DNA of 36,966 nucleotides from Thermoplasmata archaeon (GCA_021811925.1 JAKAPY010000002.1:1-36966); one strand, 5' to 3'; positions 8,890 to 16,872 are shown, counted from the stretch's first letter. Made by a program: numbers and translations. The notes: generated from the sequence alone by a model not told the origin.

Positions 8890-9213
8890 CTACTTTCTCT
8901 TTTCGGACGGCTTCGGTGTCAGTCTCCGTCTTAGGTACTCTCTTACCGCATTCCTGATGGCATCGTCAACAGAAACAGAGTCTCCCTTCTTGACCAGTTT
9001 CTGCAGTTCAACAGCGTTGCCCTTTGGCAGTTCGACCGTGACCTTCTGGATATGCTTCGGAGAGAAGTTCCTGTCGATGAACTGTTCGATCGCGGTCCTC
9101 ATCACCTCAGATATGTTCGCATATTTGCCGCTTGAAACAAGCGACTCGAGAGTCGTAAGACTCTCCTGATCAAGTCTTATTGTAACCCTCTCCGATTCTA
9201 CCATGACATTCAC
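8890..9213 (-). CDS. Ribbon-helix-helix (CopG-like) regulator with two tandem RHH units; CdrS/CdrL-like by position
   Basis: RVTIRLDQESLTTLESLVSSGKYANISEVMRTAIEQFIDR is followed by a second copy, KVTVELPKGNAVELQKLVKKGDSVSVDDAIRNAVREYLRR. The gene sits immediately upstream of ftsZ2 on the same strand. Confidence 0.75.
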   Translation of the reverse strand: MNVMVESERVTIRLDQESLTTLESLVSSGKYANISEVMRTAIEQFIDRNFSPKHIQKVTVELPKGNAVELQKLVKKGDSVSVDDAIRNAVREYLRRRLTPKPSEKRK

Positions 9214-9522
9214 CTCATTGTACGCAGCTGTCTGACGATTTCCTTTATAACGGCTGACAGTAATATGCCACGGCTAATATATATGATTATGGTCAGGTTG
9301 CTCGTAAACAGGCCAGCATCTCACCCCGTGACTGCAATGATGCGTGAGTGAGTCAGACTTTGTTCCGGCCTCCGCCATACCTGACCAGGGTCTGTTCGGC
9401 CCGACCGGTTGCGCCCTTGGCACGCTGTTGAAACTGAATGATACGAAGAAGGGACGGGAAACGGCGCCCCTGCTCGATCATTCAGTGGCCAGCAGGCGAT
9501 CCTGCCTGGATGATTCAAACTC

Positions 9523-10473
9523 TCATGCCGTCTTTTCCACCATCTGCAGGTAGACTGGAGTGAGCCAGGAGGCAAATCTCCCGTCCCTCCCTCTGATGAC
9601 CGCCTCAAACGCATTGATCAGCTTCTCTGTCACATTCCCCACCTTGCCATCGCTGACTGCCCTTCTGTCAACGCTGCCAATCGGAGTGATTTGCGCCGCG
9701 GTCCCGCACAGGAACAGCTCATCGCATGTGTACAGTTCGGTCCTCGAAATGTCCCTTTCCACCACCGGTATGTTGTGGTCCTCTGCCAGCCTTATGACCG
9801 AATCCCTTGTAATGCCCTCCAGTATATCGGCGGAAAGTGGCGGTGTGATCAGGACACCATTCTTGACCATGAAAATGTTCTCGCCCGAACCCTCACAGAC
9901 ATAGCCGTTCTGCGTAAGGAAGAGCGCTTCGTCGAAGCCCGACTGTGCAGCTTCCGAGGAGGCAATCATGCTGTTCACGTACGCACCCGTCACCTTGGCA
10001 CTTGGCGGAAGCGAGTTGTTTGTTATCCTTGTCCATGAGGAGACGCAGACGTTCAGCGGTTTTACGCTTGCGAAGTAGCCGCCCATCGACTGCGAGAATA
10101 TGAAGTAGTCAGTCGACTGTTTGGCGGGCCTTATCCCTATGCCGCCTGCCCCGAAATAAATCATCGGTCTGATGTAAACATCTGTCTTGTGATTATTTAC
10201 TCTTAGCAGCTCGACTATCTTGTCTGCAAATTCCTTTTCACCGATCGCCGGTTTGAGGTTCAGTATCTTGCTGTTGTTCAACATCCTTCTTACATGTTCC
10301 TTAAGCCTGAAAACAGACAGCTGCTTTCCTTCGTGGTCCATGTATGCCCTGATGCCCTCAAAAACGCCCGAGCCGTAGAGAAGTCCATGCGTGGAAACAT
10401 GCACTTTTGCATCTTCCCAGCCTACAAAGTTGCCGTTCATTACAACTTTTCTTATTTCCTCTACCATGTGCAC
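9523..10473 (-). CDS. ilvE: Branched-chain amino acid aminotransferase
   Basis: 316-aa ORF with HGLLYGSGVFEGIRAY, ...PPSAKVTGAYVNSMIAS..., EGSGENIF and LEGITRD. This is the fold-type IV PLP enzyme pattern. Confidence 0.9.
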   Translation of the reverse strand: MHMVEEIRKVVMNGNFVGWEDAKVHVSTHGLLYGSGVFEGIRAYMDHEGKQLSVFRLKEHVRRMLNNSKILNLKPAIGEKEFADKIVELLRVNNHKTDVYIRPMIYFGAGGIGIRPAKQSTDYFIFSQSMGGYFASVKPLNVCVSSWTRITNNSLPPSAKVTGAYVNSMIASSEAAQSGFDEALFLTQNGYVCEGSGENIFMVKNGVLITPPLSADILEGITRDSVIRLAEDHNIPVVERDISRTELYTCDELFLCGTAAQITPIGSVDRRAVSDGKVGNVTEKLINAFEAVIRGRDGRFASWLTPVYLQMVEKTA

Positions 10474-10561
10474 TACCGATTCGCTAACGGTTGACCCGTG
10501 ATTTAATCCTATTCAGAATTTATTTCTCTTAGACAAATCATTGCACGGAGCGGGATGGGTT

Positions 10562-10679
10562 CGGGGCCGAGGGGAAATCCGGCTTGCGCTTTCGGACCCC
10601 TGACCTTCTGGTTAAAAGCCAGTTGCTCTGTCCAGGGAGTTCAGCGTGTGAGCCTCCTACCTAGCTGAGCTACGGCCCC
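10562..10679 (-). tRNA. tRNA-Lys (anticodon UUU) with two non-canonical introns: ~27-29 nt at the D-loop/D-stem junction and 15 nt in the T-loop
   Basis: The minus strand shows acceptor GGGGCCG/CGGCCCC (7/7 pairs) and D stem GCTC/GAGC. It also has anticodon arm ACTGG-CTTTTAA-CCAGA, variable loop AGGTC and T stem AGGGG/CCCCT. The gene is 118 nt against ~74-76 nt mature. No CCA is encoded. Confidence 0.8.
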
Positions 10680-10701
10680 TGTCAAACAGCAAGGCACCTT
10701 C

Positions 10702-10711
10702 TTTATTAAAA
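10702..10711 (-). promoter_or_regulatory. TATA box of the tRNA-Lys gene
   Basis: The minus strand reads TTTTAATAAA, centred ~27-28 nt upstream of tRNA position +1 (10679). Confidence 0.55.
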
Positions 10712-11033
10712 GATTGGTCAACGCGGCATTGTCCCTGCAGACCTTTGTTACAACCAGGCTCTTCCTCTGTTGGTGCGAGCAGGAATGCATGAGCGGCTCA
10801 CCTGCCTGACATCGTACCCTTGCGTCTCATGAAAGAGCGGGATTTGAATCCTGGAGGGTGTAGATTGCAGCTTTCAGAGACGATGGCAATGGGCAAAGCT
10901 CATGGTCTTCCCTCGTGTGCACAATCCCCCGGGGAAAGGATGAGGTGCAGGCAAAAGGCAGCGTATCCGCTGAGGTATGGAGTGCGAAACTGGTTGCCTC
11001 AGGAGGGTTGACTGAAACCCGTCGACCTGCCCG

Positions 11034-11291
11034 TCACTGGGTCTTCTTAACCTTCTTAGCCTTCTTTGCCGCCCTTGCAATCATGATGGTCATGATTACC
11101 GCAATTACAGTCACAACGACGGCATAGGCGAGGTTCGGTGCGATGCCCTTGGTCGTCCCGAAGATCTGCTGGAAAAGGGCAAGAATGAATCCGTTCCAAG
11201 CCAGTGCTGCCACCAGACCGAAGGCTGTCGTAATGAGCACTGCGAAATTGTCGATTACTTGTTCCCTGAAACTTTTATCGTCGTCGGCCAT
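11034..11291 (-). CDS. Small membrane protein (two predicted TM helices, Lys-rich C-terminal tail)
   Basis: Reads MADDDKSFREQVIDNFAVLITTAFGLVAALAWNGF...AVVVTVIAVIMTIMIARAAKKAKKVKKTQ. The upstream 49 codons of the track ORF look non-coding (AT-rich, odd composition). Confidence 0.6.
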   Translation of the reverse strand: MADDDKSFREQVIDNFAVLITTAFGLVAALAWNGFILALFQQIFGTTKGIAPNLAYAVVVTVIAVIMTIMIARAAKKAKKVKKTQ

Positions 11292-11443
11292 TTTTACCAA
11301 ATCTGCTATATTCGTAAAGTCATATATCAATCGAATATGCATAGAATTCAGACATTGGCGACCCATGCTACTAATTGTTATGCTGCCATCCAATTCAACA
11401 ACTGCATAGCTTATATACGTGGAAATTCTCCGAATCAAAGTCT

Positions 11444-11614
11444 ATGATGACAGAAGAGGTAAACTGCAGTTCATGCGGGATAATGCTTGTCGGCCATGCA
11501 GTCACATCTTTCCCGTGCCCGAATTGCGGTGAAACGAGGATAGGCAGATGCGCCCAGTGCCGGGATCAGGGTGTGAGCTACACCTGTCCTGCTTGCGGAT
11601 TTTCAGGACCATGA
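11444..11614 (+). CDS. Zn-ribbon protein (COG2888-like), the usual partner of EF-1beta
   Basis: Reads [12 protein letters not shown]...FPCPNCG...RCAQCR...[11 protein letters not shown], giving four CxxC pairs. It lies 10 nt upstream of EF-1beta. Confidence 0.75.
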   Translation: MMTEEVNCSSCGIMLVGHAVTSFPCPNCGETRIGRCAQCRDQGVSYTCPACGFSGP

Positions 11615-11623
11615 GGTGTTCCT

Positions 11624-11890
11624 TTGGGTAAGGTTGCAATGACTTACAGAATGATGCCCGAGTCGACAGACTTTGTTTTTGACGGACTTGAGTCAACTAT
11701 CAGGTCGAAGCTTCCCAAGGGTTCTGAGTTCAGGGACAGCAGGATTGTTCCAATAGCTTTCGGCCTCAAGTCATTTGAAGTCATGATTGTTGCCACGGAC
11801 GAGGAAGGGGTGGCAGACAGGGTAGAAGGCGCTCTTGCCTCCATAGATGGCATACAGAGCGTCGAGGCGACTGAGACAACTCTTCTCTGA
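11624..11890 (+). CDS. Translation elongation factor aEF-1 beta
   Basis: A TTG start gives MGKVAMTYRMMPES..., matching the usual MG.V....MPES N-terminus. The ORF is 88 aa and contains ...VPIAFGLKSFEVMIV.... Confidence 0.85.
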   Translation: MGKVAMTYRMMPESTDFVFDGLESTIRSKLPKGSEFRDSRIVPIAFGLKSFEVMIVATDEEGVADRVEGALASIDGIQSVEATETTLL

Positions 11891-11950
11891 CCATCCGGCC
11901 CTCCTCTGCTCACTGTTATATTCAAGTATCCCGCTTCCGCAGCAGTTGGT

Positions 11951-13015
11951 ATGCTCGGCTTCGAAAACCAGCCTAGACTTCTGGCGATATTCCCCTACAC
12001 GGCGGAAGCAAGGTCCTATATCAGTTCAAACAATTTCGACCTTGACGCAATATTGACCAACCCCCTGTTCGAGAGGGTGAGGGAGAAGGGAAAGGAACGT
12101 GTTCTTTCATCCCTTCGTGACATGAAGCTCGGGGAGCAGAAGCTGTACAACAGTGAGGAGTGCAAGGTTGAGCTTCTTTCATTCATTGTCTCAAGAATGA
12201 TGGCCTCTGTCATCGGTGACAGATTCCTCATCAACAGGCTTGCCGTAACAGAGGGCAAGGTTGCTGAAGAAAGACTCAACGGAGACTATTCATCCATGCT
12301 TGTTCCGCTTGCACGGGAATTTGGAATCGACCCGCAGCCCTGGGGCGATGACTACAGACTCAAATTCACAGCCTTTCTGAAATATTCGTCAAAGATGAGA
12401 TCGCCTGAATGGAAGCTGCTCTACCAGAAAATGGACCACGGTTACGTCGTTGTCGGGAAGCTCAGGTTGACAAGGCTTGTGGAACAGGCGATAACCGATT
12501 ACCTCTCAGAAAGGCTTCCTCCCTACACCGATGCCATAAGGAACTCCCTGAGAAGGGAGATAGCGGAGGTAACGGAAGCTCTTGAATCAATAAAGAAGGA
12601 ATATCAGAGGGACACGCTCGGAGAGATAGAGCCCGCAAGATATCCGCCATGCATGCGTGAAATACTCAGGCAGATTCAGAACTCTGAGAATGTCCCCCAG
12701 ATGGGGCGTTTTGCCATAGTCACATTCCTGCATGCAATAGGCATGACTCCGGAACAGATATTCGAGGTATTCAGTTCAGTTCCAGATTTCAGGGCCGAGA
12801 AGACAAGGTACCAGATAGAGCATATCACCGGCAAGATATCCTCGACCGAATATTCGGTGCCAGAGTGCAGCACAATGAAGTCCTACGGCATTTGTCATAA
12901 TCCAGACACGCTCTGTGCGCAGCCCTGGATGAAACATCCCCTCACATACTACAAACAAAAGGGAAAGAAGCCTAGAGCTGCTTCCAGGAAGCAACAGCCC
13001 GATAAACCGCGGTGA
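11951..13015 (+). CDS. priL: DNA primase large subunit PriL
   Basis: Carries YPPCMREILRQIQNSENVPQMGRFAIVTFLHAIGMTPEQIFEVF and the Fe-S cysteines ...SVPECSTMKSYGICH.... Confidence 0.88.
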   Translation: MLGFENQPRLLAIFPYTAEARSYISSNNFDLDAILTNPLFERVREKGKERVLSSLRDMKLGEQKLYNSEECKVELLSFIVSRMMASVIGDRFLINRLAVTEGKVAEERLNGDYSSMLVPLAREFGIDPQPWGDDYRLKFTAFLKYSSKMRSPEWKLLYQKMDHGYVVVGKLRLTRLVEQAITDYLSERLPPYTDAIRNSLRREIAEVTEALESIKKEYQRDTLGEIEPARYPPCMREILRQIQNSENVPQMGRFAIVTFLHAIGMTPEQIFEVFSSVPDFRAEKTRYQIEHITGKISSTEYSVPECSTMKSYGICHNPDTLCAQPWMKHPLTYYKQKGKKPRAASRKQQPDKPR

Positions 13016-13604
13016 TGTTTCCGAGCACTGCAAAGACAAGGAGCAGCCAGTCGAACGTTGTAAGCGAAAGCAGTTCCGGTCCATGAGTCCCGGACGCAGG
13101 GGAGATGAATGCAAACTGTATGATGAGCGCAATGAGCATCAGGACAATCCTGTCAGCCCTTCCAAGCATGCCGCCGTAGTTCCTTTTCAGGCCCACCGCC
13201 TGGGCCTGTGTGCCGAGGTAGCTCGTCATGAACACGCCGACAAGCGCCATTATGCCTATCGGAACGCTTGTCGTGAATACACTGAATGTGAAACCGAGGA
13301 CCAGCGCTATGTCGGAATATCTGTCGAGCACGTGGTCCAGGAAATCCCCCCTCGGGCCGCTTGTTCCTGTCACACGGGCAACTGCCCCGTCGAGTGCATC
13401 CAGAAATCCGCTGAAGACTATCAGCAGCAGGGCTGCAAGAAGGAGATAAGCGCTGTGAACGGTGGAGAAGAGGATGGATGCGGCAGCAAGCACCGCGAGC
13501 ACGAAGGAGGCCAATGTTAGCAGATTTGGCGAAACGCCCTTCAGCCTGGTGGCAAGCGGATCAAGAATTAGCCCTGTTCCCGTTCTTGCCCTGTCTAGAA
13601 CCAT
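12972..13604 (-). CDS. CDP-alcohol phosphatidyltransferase (archaetidylinositol-phosphate synthase-like)
   Basis: Carries the signature DALDGAVARVTGTSGPRGDFLDHVLDRYSD in a multi-TM ORF. Its 3' end overlaps priL convergently by 44 nt. Confidence 0.8.
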   Translation of the reverse strand: MVLDRARTGTGLILDPLATRLKGVSPNLLTLASFVLAVLAAASILFSTVHSAYLLLAALLLIVFSGFLDALDGAVARVTGTSGPRGDFLDHVLDRYSDIALVLGFTFSVFTTSVPIGIMALVGVFMTSYLGTQAQAVGLKRNYGGMLGRADRIVLMLIALIIQFAFISPASGTHGPELLSLTTFDWLLLVFAVLGNITAVYRAVASWKQL

Positions 13605-14134
13605 TCTTCTATCTCACCCGTCCAGTTTATCCTTCCCGGCCTCAGAGAGTCAGGCATTTTCCCGACCGCGTCCAGCACAGCGTCCGTGGCAGAAGATACT
13701 TCTCTGCCTGTCGTGTCAACCTCAAACACATCCTTTATTCTTTCCGACGCTTCCACGAGTATAACATCAAGTATTTCCGCCCTGACATTCTCCAGTATCT
13801 TCACCTCGTTCCATCCTCTTCGCGTCAGCCTTTCACGCAGCGTGTGTGGCTCGCACCTGAGGACAACAGCGGTGCTGCATGTGGCGAAGTGAGAGAGGTG
13901 CCCCGAAAGGAAGAGCATGGTATGCTTCATGGGCGAGAGATGCCCATCCACCTTTTTTCTCAGTTCGTCAGTGTCCACCTCCCTGCTCCCGTATTCAGGA
14001 TTGAAGCGTGTGCGCACATGCAGGCTGTCTATGAGTTCAGCGATCTCAAGGACCGCATAACCTCTTTTTTTCAGCTCCTCCGAGATGCTGCTCTTCCCGG
14101 TGCCTGGCGTCCCTGTTAAGGCCGCGACCTTCAA
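13595..14134 (-). CDS. Fap7/AK6-type adenylate kinase-like NTPase
   Basis: Carries the P-loop LTGTPGTGKSS. I prefer TTG 14134, which overlaps the truA stop (TTGA); the track start at 14209 would run 79 nt into truA. Confidence 0.75.
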   Translation of the reverse strand: MKVAALTGTPGTGKSSISEELKKRGYAVLEIAELIDSLHVRTRFNPEYGSREVDTDELRKKVDGHLSPMKHTMLFLSGHLSHFATCSTAVVLRCEPHTLRERLTRRGWNEVKILENVRAEILDVILVEASERIKDVFEVDTTGREVSSATDAVLDAVGKMPDSLRPGRINWTGEIEEWF

Positions 14135-14928
14135 GCGATCGACCCCCGGGCAGCAAGCATTCCATCCAGGACGGCAAGCGCCCTGCTTGTGTTCATGCTT
14201 TCTGACCACCTGACCGCACTTTCTCCTTTCAGCGGCACTGGACGGAACGTCATTCCATAGTCGACATCCATGAGGATAAGGTACTGCGGAGGGGCGAGAC
14301 CAAAGCTTTTCGAGCCTTCGCCATTCAATGCCTTCAGCACATCATCTTCCTCGACAAGCCCATTCGCCAGGGCCTGAGCCGCAGCAACCACCCTCCTGAT
14401 CATGTTGTGCAGAAAACTCCTGCCGTAGAAGTCTATGAGCAGGCACCCGTCTCCCTCCGAAATGAGTATCCTGTCAATGCTCCTGTAACGTCCCTTTGAC
14501 CCGCTCTTCGAGAAATTCTTGAAATCCCTCTGTCCAACGAAATGGGAGAAAGCGCTGTTCAGCCTGTCCCTGTCGATCCTGTCGTATAAGAGGTAACGGT
14601 ATTGCCTCATTCTCGCTCTCCTGGGACTGAAAGTTGCGCTTACATCCAGGTACGAGTGGAAGAGTATGTCCCTGCACTTTGCGTTCAGGCCGTCAATCAG
14701 CTCATCCGGATTGAAGTGGGTGTTGAATGCAACCACATTTCCGAGTGCATGGACACCCCTGTCAGTTCTGCTTGCACTTGCAAAATCCGCGCCTTCGGCA
14801 CTTTCGAATGCATGCATCCCGAGGCATGCGGATATTATGTCCCCCTCCACGGTCCTCACGCCTGGCTGCCTCTGGTAACCGTAGAATGCGGAGCCGTTAT
14901 ATCCGAACTTCAAAGCGAGTCTTTGCAT
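14131..14928 (-). CDS. truA: tRNA pseudouridine synthase A
   Basis: Carries FGYNGSAFYGYQRQPGVRTVEG and the catalytic motif SRTDRGVHALGNVV. Confidence 0.9.
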   Translation of the reverse strand: MQRLALKFGYNGSAFYGYQRQPGVRTVEGDIISACLGMHAFESAEGADFASASRTDRGVHALGNVVAFNTHFNPDELIDGLNAKCRDILFHSYLDVSATFSPRRARMRQYRYLLYDRIDRDRLNSAFSHFVGQRDFKNFSKSGSKGRYRSIDRILISEGDGCLLIDFYGRSFLHNMIRRVVAAAQALANGLVEEDDVLKALNGEGSKSFGLAPPQYLILMDVDYGMTFRPVPLKGESAVRWSESMNTSRALAVLDGMLAARGSIA

Positions 14929-15016
14929 TTCATCTGCTGTTATTGCTTAACTGTAATAACAATTATCTTGTCGCCTGCAATCATGTTACCTGCTCAGTGG
15001 TGTGTCTGTGTCAAGT

Positions 15017-15283
15017 ATGGCTCTCAAGGTCAAATTCAGGGGTCATGTTCAGGGCGTTTCTTTCAGGTTCTATGCCAAGCGATTTGCAGACGCCAACGAT
15101 GTCAAGGGGTGGGTGCGGAACCTGAGCGATGGGACGGTCGAAGCCCTCTTTGAAGGCGAGGAGGGACCCGTGAGGCGTGTTGTAGAACAGTGCAGGACAG
15201 GAAATCCCTATGCAGGCGTGACGCAGGTGGATGCGGTCGAAGTGGATTACACCGGCAGGTACCAGTCATTCATAATCAGGTGA
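15017..15283 (+). CDS. acyP: Acylphosphatase
   Basis: Reads MALKVKFRGHVQGVSFRFYAKRFADANDVKGWVRNLSDGTVEALFEG. The track ORF starts 5 codons earlier at GTG 15002. Confidence 0.88.
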   Translation: MALKVKFRGHVQGVSFRFYAKRFADANDVKGWVRNLSDGTVEALFEGEEGPVRRVVEQCRTGNPYAGVTQVDAVEVDYTGRYQSFIIR

Positions 15284-15285
15284 GT

Positions 15286-16134
15286 TTACGCTGTCTTCCT
15301 GAACCATTCCTTTCCGTAAAGTGTTGCGGGATTTTCATAATTGACCTTCCAGATGTCCTCTTCAGAGAATATGCCGGCCCCGAGCAGTTCCCTCGTCCTT
15401 TTTGGAACGGTTGCAATGCCCAGGACCGCACCTGGTCTGGCGGGGTCGTCGATGTAGTCTGTTTCCATCACGAACCGCTTTCCCTTTTTCGCAGCCGAAA
15501 ACACCAGCTCCCGTGTCGCCTTCACCGATGGGAAGATGCCGGAATTCTCATCTTCGTTTACAAGGTCGGTGCAATGGTGCTTGATCACCCTGCCTCTTTC
15601 CATACCGCCTGCATCTGCAAAGCCAGCTATTTCGGCAAGACTTGACGGCGACGGGTCTTCGGTGTGGAGTATTACAGGGCAACCGACGCTCTTTGCCTGC
15701 CTGAAGCATGCCTCCATAATCCTGTTGCTTGCGGCCAGGAGTTCCTCACTGACAGGGAAATGCGGCCTTCCCACTTCGCCGATTGCATTTGCCTTCCCTT
15801 CCATGACGAACTCTCCTGCAAGTTCTACTCCGCGCACCATTCTTTCTTCGGCCTGCTCAATTCCAAGCTGCCCGGCAAGCCCGAGAAGAGTCACCGGATA
15901 AGGCCCGATGGCGAGGAGCACGTCAATGCCTGCAGCTTCCTCCGCCTCCTTTTTTATGGACGCTCCCTCTTCGTACATCCTGAGGAAAAAATCGTCTTTC
16001 AGCAGCCCTTCGTCCGGGGGAAGTGCGACGAGCATGAAACCAGTGCCACCCTTCCTCCCGAACTCTTTTACGGCGTCGGTGAAACGCCCCTTCCGCTGCA
16101 GATGGACGTGATTGTCAAAAACGGGATATGCCAT
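15286..16134 (-). CDS. TatD-related TIM-barrel metal-dependent hydrolase
   Basis: Has an N-terminal FDNHVHL metal motif, an internal ...VILHTED... and a ...KHHC... pattern. It starts 2 nt after the tbp stop. Confidence 0.6.
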   Translation of the reverse strand: MAYPVFDNHVHLQRKGRFTDAVKEFGRKGGTGFMLVALPPDEGLLKDDFFLRMYEEGASIKKEAEEAAGIDVLLAIGPYPVTLLGLAGQLGIEQAEERMVRGVELAGEFVMEGKANAIGEVGRPHFPVSEELLAASNRIMEACFRQAKSVGCPVILHTEDPSPSSLAEIAGFADAGGMERGRVIKHHCTDLVNEDENSGIFPSVKATRELVFSAAKKGKRFVMETDYIDDPARPGAVLGIATVPKRTRELLGAGIFSEEDIWKVNYENPATLYGKEWFRKTA

Positions 16135-16136
16135 GA

Positions 16137-16691
16137 TCAGTGAAGGAGGCCAGCTCCCTGCAGTTCTTCCATGATCTTCTGCTCCGCATCGCCGACATCG
16201 GACGGTTTACGCGCACCTGTGCAGACAAGCTTGCCGCTGCCGAATAGAAGGACCACGACCTTCGGTGAATCAAGCCTGTAGACAAGGCCGGGAAACTGTT
16301 CAGGTTCGTACTCGACCTTCTCGAGACCGAGACTGATGGCAATTGCATTGAGGTTTATCTCCTGCCCGAGATCGGACGAGGCGACAATGTTCTGCACCTC
16401 GATCTTGGGCTCTATCTTGATTTCTATGCCTGCCCTTCCAATCTGCTTTGAAACCTTGCTGATTGCGAGCTTGACTTCGTCAAGGCTCTTGGCACCGGTG
16501 CAGACGACCTTTCCGCTCCTGAAAAGAAGCGTTGCCGTCTTCGGCTCCTTTAATCTGTAGATCAAACCGGGGAACTGCTCAGGCTCATATTCCGCACCGT
16601 CGAGTGCAAGGGCAATAGCCTGCAGATCAAGCTGTTCGCCAAGAGATGTCGATGCGACCACATTCTCTATCTTAATTGTTGGCATTTTCAT
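16137..16691 (-). CDS. tbp: TATA-box binding protein
   Basis: Shows two direct repeats: IENVVAS...EQFPGLIYRL..PK.A.LLF.SGK.VCTGAKS and VQNIVASSDL...EQFPGLVYRLDSPKVVVLLFGSGKLVCTGARK. Confidence 0.95.
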   Translation of the reverse strand: MKMPTIKIENVVASTSLGEQLDLQAIALALDGAEYEPEQFPGLIYRLKEPKTATLLFRSGKVVCTGAKSLDEVKLAISKVSKQIGRAGIEIKIEPKIEVQNIVASSDLGQEINLNAIAISLGLEKVEYEPEQFPGLVYRLDSPKVVVLLFGSGKLVCTGARKPSDVGDAEQKIMEELQGAGLLH

Positions 16692-16757
16692 TCCCCTGTT
16701 AACTGAAACAATCCAAAGATGTTTAAATACCTATTTAAAAGCTTATATAAGGTTAAC

Positions 16758-16766
16758 AACGGAAAT
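16758..16766. repeat. Left target-site duplication AACGGAAAT
   Basis: This direct repeat matches AACGGAATT at 18247-18255 (8/9). It lies immediately outside the left inverted repeat. Confidence 0.7.
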
Positions 16767-16782
16767 GGCTTTGTGACTAAAC
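16767..16782. repeat. Left terminal inverted repeat GGCTTTGTGACTAAAC
   Basis: Its reverse complement matches 18231-18246 at 15 of 16 positions. Confidence 0.8.
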
Positions 16783-16872
16783 CCATACAGGATTAGTTGT
16801 TTAGCCACAATAAAAGGAGTTTAGTCACAGTTTCACCTCCGAGGCGGCACAATATGATACCATTGGGTGCCT

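Noticed and set aside
8401-9169. Plus-strand ORFs of 177 and 209 aa antisense to ftsZ2 and the RHH gene
   Set aside because: They are shadow frames of two well-supported minus-strand genes.
10840-10851. GGATTTGAATCC, which looks like a tRNA T-arm
   Set aside because: Neither strand gives a 5-bp T stem around a 7-nt loop, and no acceptor, D or anticodon arms can be assembled nearby.
10938-10968. Hairpin GGATGAGGTGCAGGCAAAAGGCAGCGTATCC resembling SRP RNA helix 8 (CAGG...tetraloop...GCAGC)
   Set aside because: The apical stem would be only one base pair with an AAAA loop. I could find no Alu-domain UGUAAC motif in the right position, and no 5'/3' closing helix. The region is kept only as part of the unassigned non-coding gap.
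11292-11438. N-terminal 49-codon extension of the small membrane protein ORF (track ORF 11034-11438)
   Set aside because: The extension is AT-rich with odd composition ([18 protein letters not shown]...). It would also overlap the divergent Zn-ribbon gene's upstream region. The internal ATG at 11291 gives a compact 2-TM protein.
13478-14119. 213-aa plus-strand ORF antisense to the fap7-like gene
   Set aside because: The opposite strand has a clean P-loop NTPase. This frame is Arg/Pro/Cys-rich and has no motif.
14135-14209. ATG-initiated N-terminal extension of the fap7-like gene overlapping truA by 79 nt
   Set aside because: The extension peptide (MVRKHEHKQGACRPGWNACCPG) is implausible. A TTG overlapping the truA stop (TTGA) gives the normal distance to the P-loop.
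16767-16830. Three closely spaced copies of a 12-nt motif (GTTTAG(T/C)CACA) that could be mistaken for a mini CRISPR or operator array
   Set aside because: There are only three copies, in mixed orientation and with irregular spacing. They are better explained as terminal and subterminal repeats of the IS-derived element, whose partner copies sit at 18211-18246.
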